DNA of 64,000 nucleotides from Marinoscillum sp. (GCA_038134805.1 JAYPVV010000002.1:139539-203538); one strand, 5' to 3'. Shown: positions 38,892 to 49,479, counted from the first letter of the stretch. Numbers and translations: made by a program. The notes: generated by a model not told the origin, from the sequence alone.

Positions 38892-39785
38892 TTACTGTAA
38901 AATTTTATTAAACAATTCTGATTTAGAAGGCGATAGCTCATTCAGAATATTAAAAACATTTCTTTTTAGGTCTAAAGATGCACCTTTAAAAATATTTGTT
39001 AACTCATCAGATTTTGCTTCAATAAAAAGATTTATTATTGGAGAATTAAAATTTTTAGAATTAATATCATTAATTAAAGAAATATTTTCAAATATCATTT
39101 TTCTTGATTCAGTTGGAGATGAATAGTATAAGTCTAATCCATTTATATGATAATTATAAAATGCTTCTCTTAGGTCTTTAAATTCAGGATTTAAATAGTT
39201 TTCGCATATCCAATATCTGTTCTGTCTTGATCCAAATTGATCCCAACCTTTGTAGCCAGAATTTTGGGAATTATTCAGAATTTTCCATGCTTTTTTAAAA
39301 TTTGTTTCACCCCCAAATTTTTCAAAAGAATCATTATCAACTCCAATAATTAGATAGGCATAAAATGAAACTAATGATGTCAAGTTATCATTAAAACTAT
39401 TTTCAGAAAATTCAAGGTTTTGGGATGGATAATACTCAAAGATCCACTCTCTATCTCCATGATAAAAGAGAATAGATTCATAGGAAGAATTAAAAATTGG
39501 TCTTGATGACACTATTTGAACTGTTGCTTCATAAACATTAGAAGAAGGCTCATTGAGAATATTAATAATGAAATTACAATTTATTCTTTCTTCAGTCTGA
39601 TAATTATCTTCTGTCCAGATTGTATTATTTAAAAATTGTTCTATAGAGTTTTGCATTTCTTCAAAAATCATGGTTTCTGATGATTGAAGCTTTTCAATAT
39701 TAACTATAACCTTAGAATTAAGCTCTTGACAAAATGATTTAAGTGAGAAAAAAAAAGATAATATATAAATTAGAAATCTGATCAT
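38892..39785 (-). CDS. DUF4835-like exported protein
   Basis: 297 aa with signal peptide ..SLKSFC|QE. Sequence character and its position next to rpoZ/bamD match the flavobacterial DUF4835 family as I recall it. Confidence 0.55.
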   Translation of the reverse strand: MIRFLIYILSFFFSLKSFCQELNSKVIVNIEKLQSSETMIFEEMQNSIEQFLNNTIWTEDNYQTEERINCNFIINILNEPSSNVYEATVQIVSSRPIFNSSYESILFYHGDREWIFEYYPSQNLEFSENSFNDNLTSLVSFYAYLIIGVDNDSFEKFGGETNFKKAWKILNNSQNSGYKGWDQFGSRQNRYWICENYLNPEFKDLREAFYNYHINGLDLYYSSPTESRKMIFENISLINDINSKNFNSPIINLFIEAKSDELTNIFKGASLDLKRNVFNILNELSPSKSELFNKILQ

Positions 39786-39794
39786 TAAGAAAAA

Positions 39795-40142
39795 TTAATC
39801 TATTTTAAGATTATCTTCTTCTTTTTCTGGATTTCTAAAAAATAATTCATCATTAACTAATTCCTCAGCTGCTACAGTTGTAGATTTAGGAAGTCTTTCA
39901 AAGTACCTTGAGATTTCAATTTGCTCTCTATTTTCAAAAACCTCTTCGAGGTTATCGACATCAGAAGCAAATTCAGCTAATTTTTCATTAAGCTCTTCCT
40001 TTTGAGCAGAAGAAAGTTGTCTTGCTCTCTTACCAATAACTCTAACAGACTTGTAAATATTACCTGTTTTTGAAGCTATTTCATCAACATTTAGATTTGT
40101 AATTTTAGATTTAATTTTCATATTGGAATTATTTGTTCGCAA
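39795..40142 (-). CDS. rpoZ: DNA-directed RNA polymerase subunit omega
   Basis: 115 aa with NIYKSVRVIGKRARQL, typical of Bacteroidota omega. Downstream of bamD. Confidence 0.75.
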   Translation of the reverse strand: MRTNNSNMKIKSKITNLNVDEIASKTGNIYKSVRVIGKRARQLSSAQKEELNEKLAEFASDVDNLEEVFENREQIEISRYFERLPKSTTVAAEELVNDELFFRNPEKEEDNLKID

Positions 40143-40938
40143 ATTTAGTTAATAAATTTAAACTTTCAACATACATTTTTTCAGCTTCTGTTAAAAATGA
40201 GCTTTTAGGATATTTATCTATAAATTTTAGGTAATAATTTATAGTTTCTTTGAATCTTTCTTCCTGGAGATCTTCAAAACTATTAATAGATATTAGATAT
40301 TGAGACATTATCCTTAAAAAGCTTCCTTCTTCATTAAATGAGGAGTCTGGAAAATCATTTTCAAAATTATTTATTGCAATTATAGCAGACTTATAGTTTT
40401 TTGTTTTATAATAAAGCTTTGCATTATCAAAATTTTTTGTTTCCAATTTAATCTGTAATTCATCTATTATATTATCTGCCTCAATTGAATATTCTGAATA
40501 AGGATATTTATTAATAAAATTTTGCATTGCATTAATGGCTTCAACAGTACTTGACTGATCTAGGTTAGAATTAGGTGACTCTCTGTAAAGTGATATTGCA
40601 TAAAGATATTCAGCTTCAGTAACCTTATCACTTCTTGAGAAAAGTTCTATGAAACCTTTAAAGTATTTAGATGCTAAATCATATTGTTTTAAGTTAAAGA
40701 GTGAGTATGCAAAGTAAAAGTCAACTATTTCTGACTCTTCGCTGCCTTTAACTAATGGTTTAATATCCTTAAATAAAGTACTTGCTTTGTAATACTCCTG
40801 ATCTTCATAATATTTTAAAGCAGCTTCTAATTTTTTATCGTAACCTTCAGTTTTAAGTAACTTTCTATAGTCACTACAAGAAAAAAACAAGAAGATACTT
40901 ATAAATAGAATTTTAATTCTTGACTTTTGAATCATCAC
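40129..40938 (-). CDS. bamD: outer membrane protein assembly factor BamD (TPR lipoprotein)
   Basis: 269 aa with lipobox LFFSC|SD and TPR-like repeats (YYEDQEYYKA, LYYKTKNYKSA). Confidence 0.8.
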   Translation of the reverse strand: MMIQKSRIKILFISIFLFFSCSDYRKLLKTEGYDKKLEAALKYYEDQEYYKASTLFKDIKPLVKGSEESEIVDFYFAYSLFNLKQYDLASKYFKGFIELFSRSDKVTEAEYLYAISLYRESPNSNLDQSSTVEAINAMQNFINKYPYSEYSIEADNIIDELQIKLETKNFDNAKLYYKTKNYKSAIIAINNFENDFPDSSFNEEGSFLRIMSQYLISINSFEDLQEERFKETINYYLKFIDKYPKSSFLTEAEKMYVESLNLLTKFANK

Positions 40939-42448
40939 GCAAATATATCTTTTTTCTAAAATAATAAACTACATCTTGAATTTTTGGAATTTCTTCTTCT
41001 CTCCATTTAAACTGAGTTAGATATAGATCATCATTTGTTATTTCATGAGGAGGAATCATTTTAGCTCTAGGATTTTTATAAAAGATTATATTTTCAAGTT
41101 CATTTTCACTAAAGTTCATTCTTAAATCACTGCATATGATATAATTTAATCCAATAATTGAGTTTAAATCCTCATTTAATCCAAAGTAAATTGTCTCCCC
41201 ATTTCCATATACATTTATTTTATCTAGAGTATTATTAATAAAAGTAGCGTCCATATTTCTTCCTTTTATTTGATTGAAGTTTCCAAGAGTATCTTGTGAT
41301 ATAATAAATGAATTTTTAGATAATTTCATTTCTTCCACATATTCACCATTTAAATTAAACTTTATAGTATCAGATGTAATTTGATTTTTATTATTCCAAA
41401 TAATTGGATCTAAATACATTTCTATTGTTGAATCTTCAATCAAAAAGATGATTGAATCTGCCTTTCCAATGAAATCTTTATTAAAAAATTTAACATCATT
41501 ATATGCAAATATTTTTTTTATTTCATTTTCATCATTTAAAGCAAGTATTGTGTCTGAAGAAAGATAAAAAGTATCGAGTTCAATATTTTTTTTTAGTAAA
41601 GTATTGCCAAATATTTTTGTTTTATTTTTTACTTTATCAAAAACTCCTAATTCACCTTGAATAATATATTCTGTTTCTTTTAATTTTAACTTGACATTAT
41701 TTCTTGCATAATAAGTTGAATTTACTTCATCAAGGTCTATTATATCTGCTTCTAGTATGTAATCTTTAGTTTCTATTTTACTAGATTCTAATCTAGAATC
41801 CTTTGATTCTTGAATAAAGGATCCCCCTAATGATTTTATCTGAATGCTGTCATCGGAAAGTATTTCAGTATACCCAAATGTTATCGCCTCTTTTGTAAAT
41901 GTGTTGTAGGTCATTGAGTCAGAATTAAGAATGAAATCTTTTCCAGCCAATTCTACATCTGAATAAAATACAGAAAGGTCACTTTCTCCAAAAAAAATTC
42001 CATTATTGCTGGTTAATATATTTTCATCATCCCTTAATTCACCACCCGAAAAAAAATACCCTTTTTTCTCCTCGATATTATAATCTAGATTATTTGTTGT
42101 AATCAATTCTAGATTTTTTTTATAAATAACATTATCTCTCAACTTTGCAATTTTTGTATCTCCGTTATATGTTAAGAATTTAGCCTTTATAGTTGAAGAA
42201 TCTGAGTTTGTAATTAATATATTTCCATAGGCTTCTAGGATATTTTTTCTAGTAAAGAAATTTGCGGAATCGCATATTATCTTTGTAGAACCTTGAGTGA
42301 ATTCAACGTTAGTAATTAATGTCCTTACAGGTTCATTATTTATTCTTCTAAATTTTAATTCATCAGCTTTGTAACTTATTTTATCTTTTCTTTGCTCAAA
42401 TAAGTTGTTATAAGGTAAGAAAAAGAATAATAGGATTATCATTTTCAT
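40913..42448 (-). CDS. OstA/LptD-N-like periplasmic beta-jellyroll repeat protein
   Basis: 511 aa with a signal peptide. Repeated OstA-like segments (ITNVEFTQGSTKIICDSANF.., GNILITNSDSS..). Position upstream of bamD is common in flavobacteria. Confidence 0.55.
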   Translation of the reverse strand: MKMIILLFFFLPYNNLFEQRKDKISYKADELKFRRINNEPVRTLITNVEFTQGSTKIICDSANFFTRKNILEAYGNILITNSDSSTIKAKFLTYNGDTKIAKLRDNVIYKKNLELITTNNLDYNIEEKKGYFFSGGELRDDENILTSNNGIFFGESDLSVFYSDVELAGKDFILNSDSMTYNTFTKEAITFGYTEILSDDSIQIKSLGGSFIQESKDSRLESSKIETKDYILEADIIDLDEVNSTYYARNNVKLKLKETEYIIQGELGVFDKVKNKTKIFGNTLLKKNIELDTFYLSSDTILALNDENEIKKIFAYNDVKFFNKDFIGKADSIIFLIEDSTIEMYLDPIIWNNKNQITSDTIKFNLNGEYVEEMKLSKNSFIISQDTLGNFNQIKGRNMDATFINNTLDKINVYGNGETIYFGLNEDLNSIIGLNYIICSDLRMNFSENELENIIFYKNPRAKMIPPHEITNDDLYLTQFKWREEEIPKIQDVVYYFRKKIYLRDDSKVKN

Positions 42449-42510
42449 TTTGCAAAAATAGATAGATAATTAATTTATAGTCTCTATTTTCAAATAGTTA
42501 TTTTTGTATT

Positions 42511-43836
42511 ATGAATTTAGAAAAAGAATTTAATTCTTTCTTAAGATCTAAAAAATTAAAATCTAAAGATCATAATTTTTTGCTTGCTGTTAGTGGAGGG
42601 GTTGATTCAATGGTTTTATTAAATCTTTTCTTGAAAAATAAATTAAATTTTTCTGTAGCAACCTGTAATTTTAATCTTAGGGATAAAGAATCAGAAAAAG
42701 ATGTACAACTAGTAAAAAGTATCTGTTTTGAAAATAATATTACTTTCTATTATAAAAAATTTAATACGAGAAACTACTCTGATAAAGAGAAGGTTTCAAT
42801 CCAATTAGCTTCAAGAAATCTAAGGTATGATTGGTTTAAAAATTTACTTAATGAAAATAATTTTGACTATTTAGCAACAGCACACCATAAAGATGATAGT
42901 GCTGAAACAATTCTATTTAATCTCTTTAGGACAACAGGATACAAAGGACTTCTAGGAATTTCAGATTCAAAAAATAAAATTATTCGCCCTTTGATAGCTA
43001 TTAAAAAGATTGATTTAGTCAATTACGCTAATGCTAATAATATTAGATGGAGAGATGATAGCTCAAATTTTGAGAATAAATATTCTCGAAATATTATAAG
43101 AAATGAAATCATTCCTTTAATTAACAAAATTAATCCTTCATTTATAAAATCATTAATTGATTCGTCAAATAGATTAAAATCTGTAGAAAGTTTTATTAAT
43201 TCTCAAATTGAAGCCTTTATTAAAAATTATGTTACTTCCAATCAATACAAAATTGAAGTTTCAAAAAAATTCTTAGTTGATTTAGAAAGTTATGAAATTA
43301 TATTATTTGATTTTTTGAAAAAATATGGTTTTTCTCATTCTTCAACTTTGATTTTTCTTAAAATTTTACATGATAATAATTTAAATAGAAGATTGTTTTC
43401 TGAAAAATATACTTTAATAAATGACAGAAAATCTTTTCTTATTTTGGATAAAAACTATAACCCAAAAGTAAATTTCAAAATTTCAAAATTTCAAAATTTC
43501 AAATATGAAAATTTTTATTTTGATAATTATGATGGCAAATATTTTAAGTTAATCAAAAGTAATAAAGTAGCACAACTCAATTTTGAAAAAATAAAATTCC
43601 CATTAACTATAAGAAATTATAGAGCTGGGGAGCAGTTTACCCCTCTTGGTATGAAAGGTAAGAAAAAAATTTCTAGCTATCTTTCAGATATAAAAGCTTC
43701 ATATATAGAAAAAATAAATCAGTTAGTTGTTTTAGATTCAAATAAAGAGATAATTTGGTTGGTAGGACTTCAAATAAATGAAAAATTCAAAGTAACTGAT
43801 AAAGTTAATTCTATCCTTCATATAGAAATAAATTGA
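42511..43836 (+). CDS. tilS: tRNA(Ile)-lysidine synthase
   Basis: 441 aa with the PP-loop LLAVSGGVDSMVL and ATAHHKDDSAETILFNL. Confidence 0.9.
   Translation: MNLEKEFNSFLRSKKLKSKDHNFLLAVSGGVDSMVLLNLFLKNKLNFSVATCNFNLRDKESEKDVQLVKSICFENNITFYYKKFNTRNYSDKEKVSIQLASRNLRYDWFKNLLNENNFDYLATAHHKDDSAETILFNLFRTTGYKGLLGISDSKNKIIRPLIAIKKIDLVNYANANNIRWRDDSSNFENKYSRNIIRNEIIPLINKINPSFIKSLIDSSNRLKSVESFINSQIEAFIKNYVTSNQYKIEVSKKFLVDLESYEIILFDFLKKYGFSHSSTLIFLKILHDNNLNRRLFSEKYTLINDRKSFLILDKNYNPKVNFKISKFQNFKYENFYFDNYDGKYFKLIKSNKVAQLNFEKIKFPLTIRNYRAGEQFTPLGMKGKKKISSYLSDIKASYIEKINQLVVLDSNKEIIWLVGLQINEKFKVTDKVNSILHIEIN
43471..43502 (+). repeat. perfect 4x tandem repeat of the octamer AATTTCAA inside tilS
   Basis: Read directly: aatttcaa aatttcaa aatttcaa aatttcaa. 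The unit length is not a multiple of 3. Confidence 0.95.
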
Positions 43837-43891
43837 TTTTAAATTAAAAGTTTATTTCTCATTTTCTACTTTTACAAAAAAAAATGAAATT

Positions 43892-44818
43892 ATGAAAGTA
43901 ACAGTAGTTGGAGCAGGAAATGTAGGTGCAACATGTGCTGATGTATTAGCTCAGAAAGAAGTATGTAATGAAATTGTTCTAGTAGATATTAAGGAGGGAT
44001 TATCAGAAGGTAAGTCGTTAGATATTTTTCAAAAAGCACCAATCAATTTATATGATACTAGAACTGTAGGTTCAACTAATAATTATGAATTGACTAAGAA
44101 TTCAGATGTTGTAGTTATAACATCAGGTCTTCCAAGAAAACCTGGAATGTCAAGAGATGATCTTATAGAGACGAATTCTAAAATTGTAGAGTCTGTCACA
44201 TCCAATATTGTTAAGTTCTCTCCTAACTCAATTATTATAATTGTCTCAAATCCTCTTGATGTAATGACATATCAGGCTCATTTGACTTCAAAATTTGATA
44301 GAAATAGAGTTATGGGAATGGCTGGAATATTAGATACTGCTCGTTTTAGAGCATTTATTGCTGAAGAATTAAAGGTCTCTCCTAAGGATATTCAAGCTTT
44401 GTTACTTGGAGGACACGGTGACACTATGGTTCCTCTTCCTAGATATACAACCGTATCTGGAATTCCAATATCTGAATTGATCAATGAAAATAGATTGAAT
44501 GAAATAATTGAAAGAACTAAGTTTGGTGGTGGAGAGTTAGTCAAATTGATGGGAACTTCTGCTTGGTATGCACCTGGTGCTGCAGCTGCTCAGATGGTTG
44601 AGGCAATAGTTAAAGATCAAAAAAGAATTTTTCCAGTTTGTGTTAAACTGGAAGGTGAGTATAATATTGATGATTGTTATCTAGGTGTGCCAGTAATTTT
44701 AGGAAAAAATGGAATAGAAAAAGTTATTGAACTAAAACTTAATCCTCAAGAAAAAGAATTATTAGAAGAATCTAGAAATCATGTTAAAGAAGTAATGTCT
44801 GTACTAGAAAATCTTTAA
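43892..44818 (+). CDS. mdh: malate dehydrogenase (LDH-like type)
   Basis: 308 aa with MKVTVVGAGNVGAT, SNPLDVMT and LGGHGDTMVP. Confidence 0.93.
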   Translation: MKVTVVGAGNVGATCADVLAQKEVCNEIVLVDIKEGLSEGKSLDIFQKAPINLYDTRTVGSTNNYELTKNSDVVVITSGLPRKPGMSRDDLIETNSKIVESVTSNIVKFSPNSIIIIVSNPLDVMTYQAHLTSKFDRNRVMGMAGILDTARFRAFIAEELKVSPKDIQALLLGGHGDTMVPLPRYTTVSGIPISELINENRLNEIIERTKFGGGELVKLMGTSAWYAPGAAAAQMVEAIVKDQKRIFPVCVKLEGEYNIDDCYLGVPVILGKNGIEKVIELKLNPQEKELLEESRNHVKEVMSVLENL

Positions 44819-46908
44819 TGAATTCAAAATTTATTAATAAAAGCAATTTAATTAGTAGGGATTTAAGCTGGTTAAATTTTAATTATAGAGTATTAAATCT
44901 TGTAAAAGATAGAAATAAAACTATTTTAGAAAAATTAAAATTTCTTTCAATTGTTGCATCAAATTTTGATGAATTCTTTGAGATAAGAGTAGGAAGCTTA
45001 TATAATTATATTGATAATAATAAAAAGAGAGTTGATTACTCTGGAATGAGAGAAGAACCTTTTCGAGAATATCTTCTTAAAAAATGTTCAAAGTTTTTCA
45101 AAGATTTCAATAGTTTTTTTGTTGAGGAAATCAAAAAAGAATTGAAACAAAATAATATCATAGTTGGAGAGATAAAAGATTTAGATGAAGAGGGAAAAAA
45201 AAGAGTAAAAAAATATTTTAAGAAAACTGTTTTTCCAATGTTGACTCCAATGGTTTATGATAACCACCACTCATTTCCCATTTTAATGAACAAGGTTATA
45301 ATTTTTGGTGTTGTTACTAAATCAAAAGATTCATCTAACAAAAAGAAAATTTCATTTATTCAGGTTCCAATTAATATTCCTAGATTTTTTGAATATAAAA
45401 TAGAAAATAAAATCTTTTTTATTCCAATTGAGAAAATCATAAAAGAGTATATTGATGAGTTTTTTAGGAATGTTCATATTGAAAGTGTAAGTACTTTTAG
45501 AATAATTAGGAATGGAGACTTTACATTAGAAGAATCTGAAGATATTGAAACTAATTTTTTAGAAGAACTTAAGCAAAAACTCAAGGATAGAAAATTTAGT
45601 AGAGTTGTCAGAATCGAAACAAATAATTCTGTTGACTCCTATTTGCTTGAATCTTTAAAATCTAGATTTAGAGTAGATAATCATAATATATTTAAACTCA
45701 CTTTAAAATCTTTACTTGATCTATCTTCTTTAAATCAAATTATAGAGTATAGTGAGTTTACTGATCTTCTCCCTTCATTTCCAGCTCCAATTAAACCATT
45801 AGATATTAATAAAGAAAGCGATAGTAGTATTTTCAAAATTTTATCCAAGAAGGATATTTTTCTTCATCATCCATATAATTCTTTTAATCCAATTATAAAA
45901 TTATTAAATGAAGCAGCAGATGATCCTAATGTCTTATCAATCAAAATTACTTTATACAGAACTGCAAAAAATTCGACAGTAATTGATGCTTTATTAAAAG
46001 CTGCTGAAAATGGAAAACATGTATCTGTCCTTTTTGAGGTTAAGGCACGATTTGATGAGGAAAATAATTTAAAAAATGGACTTAAGCTTGAAAAAGCTGG
46101 TTGTTATGTCATTTATGGAATTGGTTCTTTAAAAACTCATACAAAACTTTTATTAATTGTCAGGAGAGAAGGAAGAAAAATTAAAAATTATGCTCATATG
46201 GGTACAGGAAATTATAATGAAACTACATCAAAATTATACACTGATTTAAGCTTAATGACTTCTAATCAGAAATATACGAAAGATGCGCTAGAATTTTTTA
46301 ATGTAATAACAGGACATTCAATCCCTGATGAATATGAAAATTTAATAACAGCTCCTAATTATATGAAGGATAAAATTATTAGTTTGATTCAAAATGAAAT
46401 TGATAACTCAAAGGGTGGAGGAGAAGGAAAAATATGTATAAAGATTAACTCTCTCCAAGATATAGATGTAATAGAAAAATTATATGATGCAAGTAATTCT
46501 GGAGTAAAAATTTATTTGATAGTGAGAGGAATTTGTTGTCTAAGACCTGGAAGAAAAGATTTGAGTGAAAACATAAAAGTTTTTTCTATTGTTGGAGATT
46601 ATTTAGAGCATAGCAGGATTTATTATTTTCATAACCTTGGAGATCCACTGATTTACTCTGGAAGTGCAGATATAATGATAAGGAGTTTCAAAAGAAGAGT
46701 AGAGTCTCTATTTAAAATAAATCAAGAGTCAATTAAACAACAAATTATTACAATTTTAAATTATAATTTTAGAGATAACTGTAATTCTTATCTTCTTCAA
46801 GAAGATGGTTCATACATTAAAAATGAAAATAATAATAAAAATTTTAATGTTTTTAAAGAATTCTATAAGCTTAATAGAAAAAAAATTGAAAGCTCAATTG
46901 TATTATAA
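44818..46908 (+). CDS. ppk1: polyphosphate kinase 1
   Basis: 696 aa with N-terminal NRDLSWLNFNYRVL and PLD-like catalytic regions (THTKLLLIVRRE, LEHSRIYYF). The ATG shares 1 nt with the mdh TAA stop. Confidence 0.92.
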   Translation: MNSKFINKSNLISRDLSWLNFNYRVLNLVKDRNKTILEKLKFLSIVASNFDEFFEIRVGSLYNYIDNNKKRVDYSGMREEPFREYLLKKCSKFFKDFNSFFVEEIKKELKQNNIIVGEIKDLDEEGKKRVKKYFKKTVFPMLTPMVYDNHHSFPILMNKVIIFGVVTKSKDSSNKKKISFIQVPINIPRFFEYKIENKIFFIPIEKIIKEYIDEFFRNVHIESVSTFRIIRNGDFTLEESEDIETNFLEELKQKLKDRKFSRVVRIETNNSVDSYLLESLKSRFRVDNHNIFKLTLKSLLDLSSLNQIIEYSEFTDLLPSFPAPIKPLDINKESDSSIFKILSKKDIFLHHPYNSFNPIIKLLNEAADDPNVLSIKITLYRTAKNSTVIDALLKAAENGKHVSVLFEVKARFDEENNLKNGLKLEKAGCYVIYGIGSLKTHTKLLLIVRREGRKIKNYAHMGTGNYNETTSKLYTDLSLMTSNQKYTKDALEFFNVITGHSIPDEYENLITAPNYMKDKIISLIQNEIDNSKGGGEGKICIKINSLQDIDVIEKLYDASNSGVKIYLIVRGICCLRPGRKDLSENIKVFSIVGDYLEHSRIYYFHNLGDPLIYSGSADIMIRSFKRRVESLFKINQESIKQQIITILNYNFRDNCNSYLLQEDGSYIKNENNNKNFNVFKEFYKLNRKKIESSIVL

Positions 46909-46945
46909 ATATTTAAATTCATAAAAAATATTACTAATTTCTAAT

Positions 46946-48094
46946 ATGAAAAAATTAAAAATGGGAATGGTAGGTGGAGGAATTGGTTCATTTATTGGTT
47001 CAATTCATAGAAATGCTGCTTTCCTTGATAATGGCATTGAACTAGTATGTGGATCATTTAGCTCTGATTATAATAATTCTTTAGAAACGGGTAGAAATTT
47101 GTACTTAGATCAAAAAAGAATTTATAAATCCTACATAGATTTGATTAATTCAGAGTCTGAATTGTCAGAAGATGAAAGAATGGATTTTATTGCAATTGTA
47201 ACTCCAAATCATCTACATTTTGACCCAGCAATTAAAGCCTTAGAAAAAGGATTTCCAGTAATAATTGATAAGCCTCTATCTTTTAACTCAGATGAAGCTA
47301 AAATCCTCTATGAAAAAGTTAAGGAGACAAATCTTCCTTTTGCAGTTACACATACATACACAGGTTACCCTATGGTAAAAGAGGCTAGATATCTTTCTAA
47401 CTCAGGAAAAATAGGAAGAATAAGAAAAGTATCGGTTGAATACCCACAAAGCTGGCTTTCTACAAATTTAGAGTCTACAAATAACAAACAAGCATTATGG
47501 AGGACTGATCCAAATAAATCTGGAAAAGCTGGCAGCATGGGAGATATTGGAACTCATGCTTCTAACATAGTTGAGTATGTAACTGGAAAAAAGATTATGA
47601 AATTATTTTCTAAAGTAAATAAAGTAGTGGAAGGAAGACTTTTAGAAGATGATGGAAATGTTTTAATAACTCTTGAAGGTAATATTGAAGGGAATTTAAT
47701 GACTAGTCAAATAGCTTCTGGAGAAGAAAATGATTTAAAATTAAGGGTTTGGGGTGATTTAGGAGGTATTGAATGGAAACATTCAGATCCAAATACTTTA
47801 ATTGTGAAAATGATAGGAAGTCCAAATCAAATTTTTAGAGCTGGGACTGATAATTTATATTTATCAGATATTGCTCGAGCTAATTGTCGAACTCCTTCCG
47901 GTCATCCTGAGGGATTTATTGAAGCATTTGCTAATATTTACAGAAACTTTTCTTTTTCAGTAAGAAATTTTAAGGATTCTAAAAAAGATAATCCATTATA
48001 TGATTATCCAACGGTTGAAGATGGTTTTAGAGGAATGAAATTTATAGATGCCGTGATAGAGTCTTCAGCTAAGTCAAAATGGATAAATTTGTAA
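46946..48094 (+). CDS. Gfo/Idh/MocA family NAD(P)-dependent oxidoreductase
   Basis: 382 aa with the Rossmann start MGMVGGGIGSFIGSIHR, then VTPNHLHF and DKPL. Confidence 0.8.
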   Translation: MKKLKMGMVGGGIGSFIGSIHRNAAFLDNGIELVCGSFSSDYNNSLETGRNLYLDQKRIYKSYIDLINSESELSEDERMDFIAIVTPNHLHFDPAIKALEKGFPVIIDKPLSFNSDEAKILYEKVKETNLPFAVTHTYTGYPMVKEARYLSNSGKIGRIRKVSVEYPQSWLSTNLESTNNKQALWRTDPNKSGKAGSMGDIGTHASNIVEYVTGKKIMKLFSKVNKVVEGRLLEDDGNVLITLEGNIEGNLMTSQIASGEENDLKLRVWGDLGGIEWKHSDPNTLIVKMIGSPNQIFRAGTDNLYLSDIARANCRTPSGHPEGFIEAFANIYRNFSFSVRNFKDSKKDNPLYDYPTVEDGFRGMKFIDAVIESSAKSKWINL

Positions 48095-48097
48095 ATT

Positions 48098-49153
48098 ATG
48101 AATACTATTAAAGGTCCTGCAATATTTTTAGCTCAGTTTATGGATGATAAATCACCATTTAATACTATGGAAGGAGTATGTAAATGGGCTTCCAAATTAG
48201 GTTATAAAGGAGTTCAAATACCAACATGGGATTCAAGATGTATTGATTTATCGAGAGTTGCTGAAGATAAAGTTTTTGCTAAAGAATATAAATCTCAAAT
48301 TGAATCTTATGGAGTTAAGATAACGGAGTTAAGTACTCATCTACAGGGTCAACTTATTGCTGTAAATCCAGCATATGATGAAATGTTTGATGGGTTTGCA
48401 CCACCTAATTATAGAAAAAATCCAAAAAAAAGAACTGATTGGGCTACCAATCAATTACTTTTAGCAGCAAAAGCAAGTAAAAATCTTGGGTTGAAAGTTC
48501 ATGCTACTTTTTCTGGAGCTTTACTCTGGCCTTATTTTTATCCTTGGCCTCAAAGACCAAATGGATTAATTAAAACAGGATTTAAGGAATTAGCAAAAAG
48601 GTGGCTACCTGTTCTTAATGAATTTGATAATAATGGGGTTGATTTATGTTATGAAATTCATCCTGGCGAAGATTTATTTGATGGTATCACTTTTGAGAGG
48701 TTTTTAAATGAAACAGGAAATCATAAAAGAGTAAAAATGCTGTATGATCCAAGCCATTACCTCTTACAACAAATGGACTATCTTTCTAACATTGATATTT
48801 ATTATGATTTCATTAAAATGTTTCATGTTAAAGATGCAGAATTTATTCCATCAGGAAAATCTGGTGTTTATGGAGGATACTCTGATTGGGTTAATAGACC
48901 AGGAAGATTTAGATCCTTAGGAGATGGACAAATTGATTTTAAGTCTATTTTCTCTAAATTAACTCAATACGGGTATGATGGTTGGGCTGTACTAGAGTGG
49001 GAATGTTGTATTAAAAGTAATGAACAGGGAGCAAAAGAAGGATCAAAATTTATATCTGATCATATTATTAATGTAACTACTAAAACTTTTGACGACTTTG
49101 CAGATTCAGGATCTGATCAAGATGCAATAAATAATATATTGGGTATAAGCTAA
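48098..49153 (+). CDS. sugar phosphate isomerase/epimerase (xylose-isomerase-like TIM barrel)
   Basis: 351 aa with CYEIHPGE, HVKDA and WAVLEWE, typical of the AP-endonuclease-2 / xylose-isomerase-like TIM family. 3 nt downstream of the oxidoreductase. Confidence 0.7.
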   Translation: MNTIKGPAIFLAQFMDDKSPFNTMEGVCKWASKLGYKGVQIPTWDSRCIDLSRVAEDKVFAKEYKSQIESYGVKITELSTHLQGQLIAVNPAYDEMFDGFAPPNYRKNPKKRTDWATNQLLLAAKASKNLGLKVHATFSGALLWPYFYPWPQRPNGLIKTGFKELAKRWLPVLNEFDNNGVDLCYEIHPGEDLFDGITFERFLNETGNHKRVKMLYDPSHYLLQQMDYLSNIDIYYDFIKMFHVKDAEFIPSGKSGVYGGYSDWVNRPGRFRSLGDGQIDFKSIFSKLTQYGYDGWAVLEWECCIKSNEQGAKEGSKFISDHIINVTTKTFDDFADSGSDQDAINNILGIS

Positions 49154-49479
49154 ATTTTTTTTCTTATTTCTATAAGACTTTTTCTTATTTCATTAAGCTT
49201 ATTTAATAATTTATTTTCTTTCTTTTCCTTTCTTTTAGAAAATGCTTTTTTTGCTCCTTCTATTGTAAATCCTTCATTTTTAAGTAAAAAAAATATCTGT
49301 TGGATTATATCAATATCTTTCAAGGTATACTTTCTTAACCCTTTTTTATTTTTTTTAGGATTTAAAACCTCAAACTCTGATTCCCAGAATCTAATTAGAG
49401 AAGTACTAAGCCCTAACTTTTCAGACACCTCTCCAATTGTAAAATATTTTTTTTGAATTTCTTTTTCTCTGAAGGGCAT
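49150..49479 (-). CDS. MerR-family transcriptional regulator
   Basis: 109 aa from the internal ATG (MPFREKEIQKKYFTIGEVSEKLGLSTSLIRFWESEF is an HTH region). This start removes the overlap with the upstream M23 gene, which ends at 49481. The track ORF extends to 49521. Confidence 0.75.
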   Translation of the reverse strand: MPFREKEIQKKYFTIGEVSEKLGLSTSLIRFWESEFEVLNPKKNKKGLRKYTLKDIDIIQQIFFLLKNEGFTIEGAKKAFSKRKEKKENKLLNKLNEIRKSLIEIRKKI

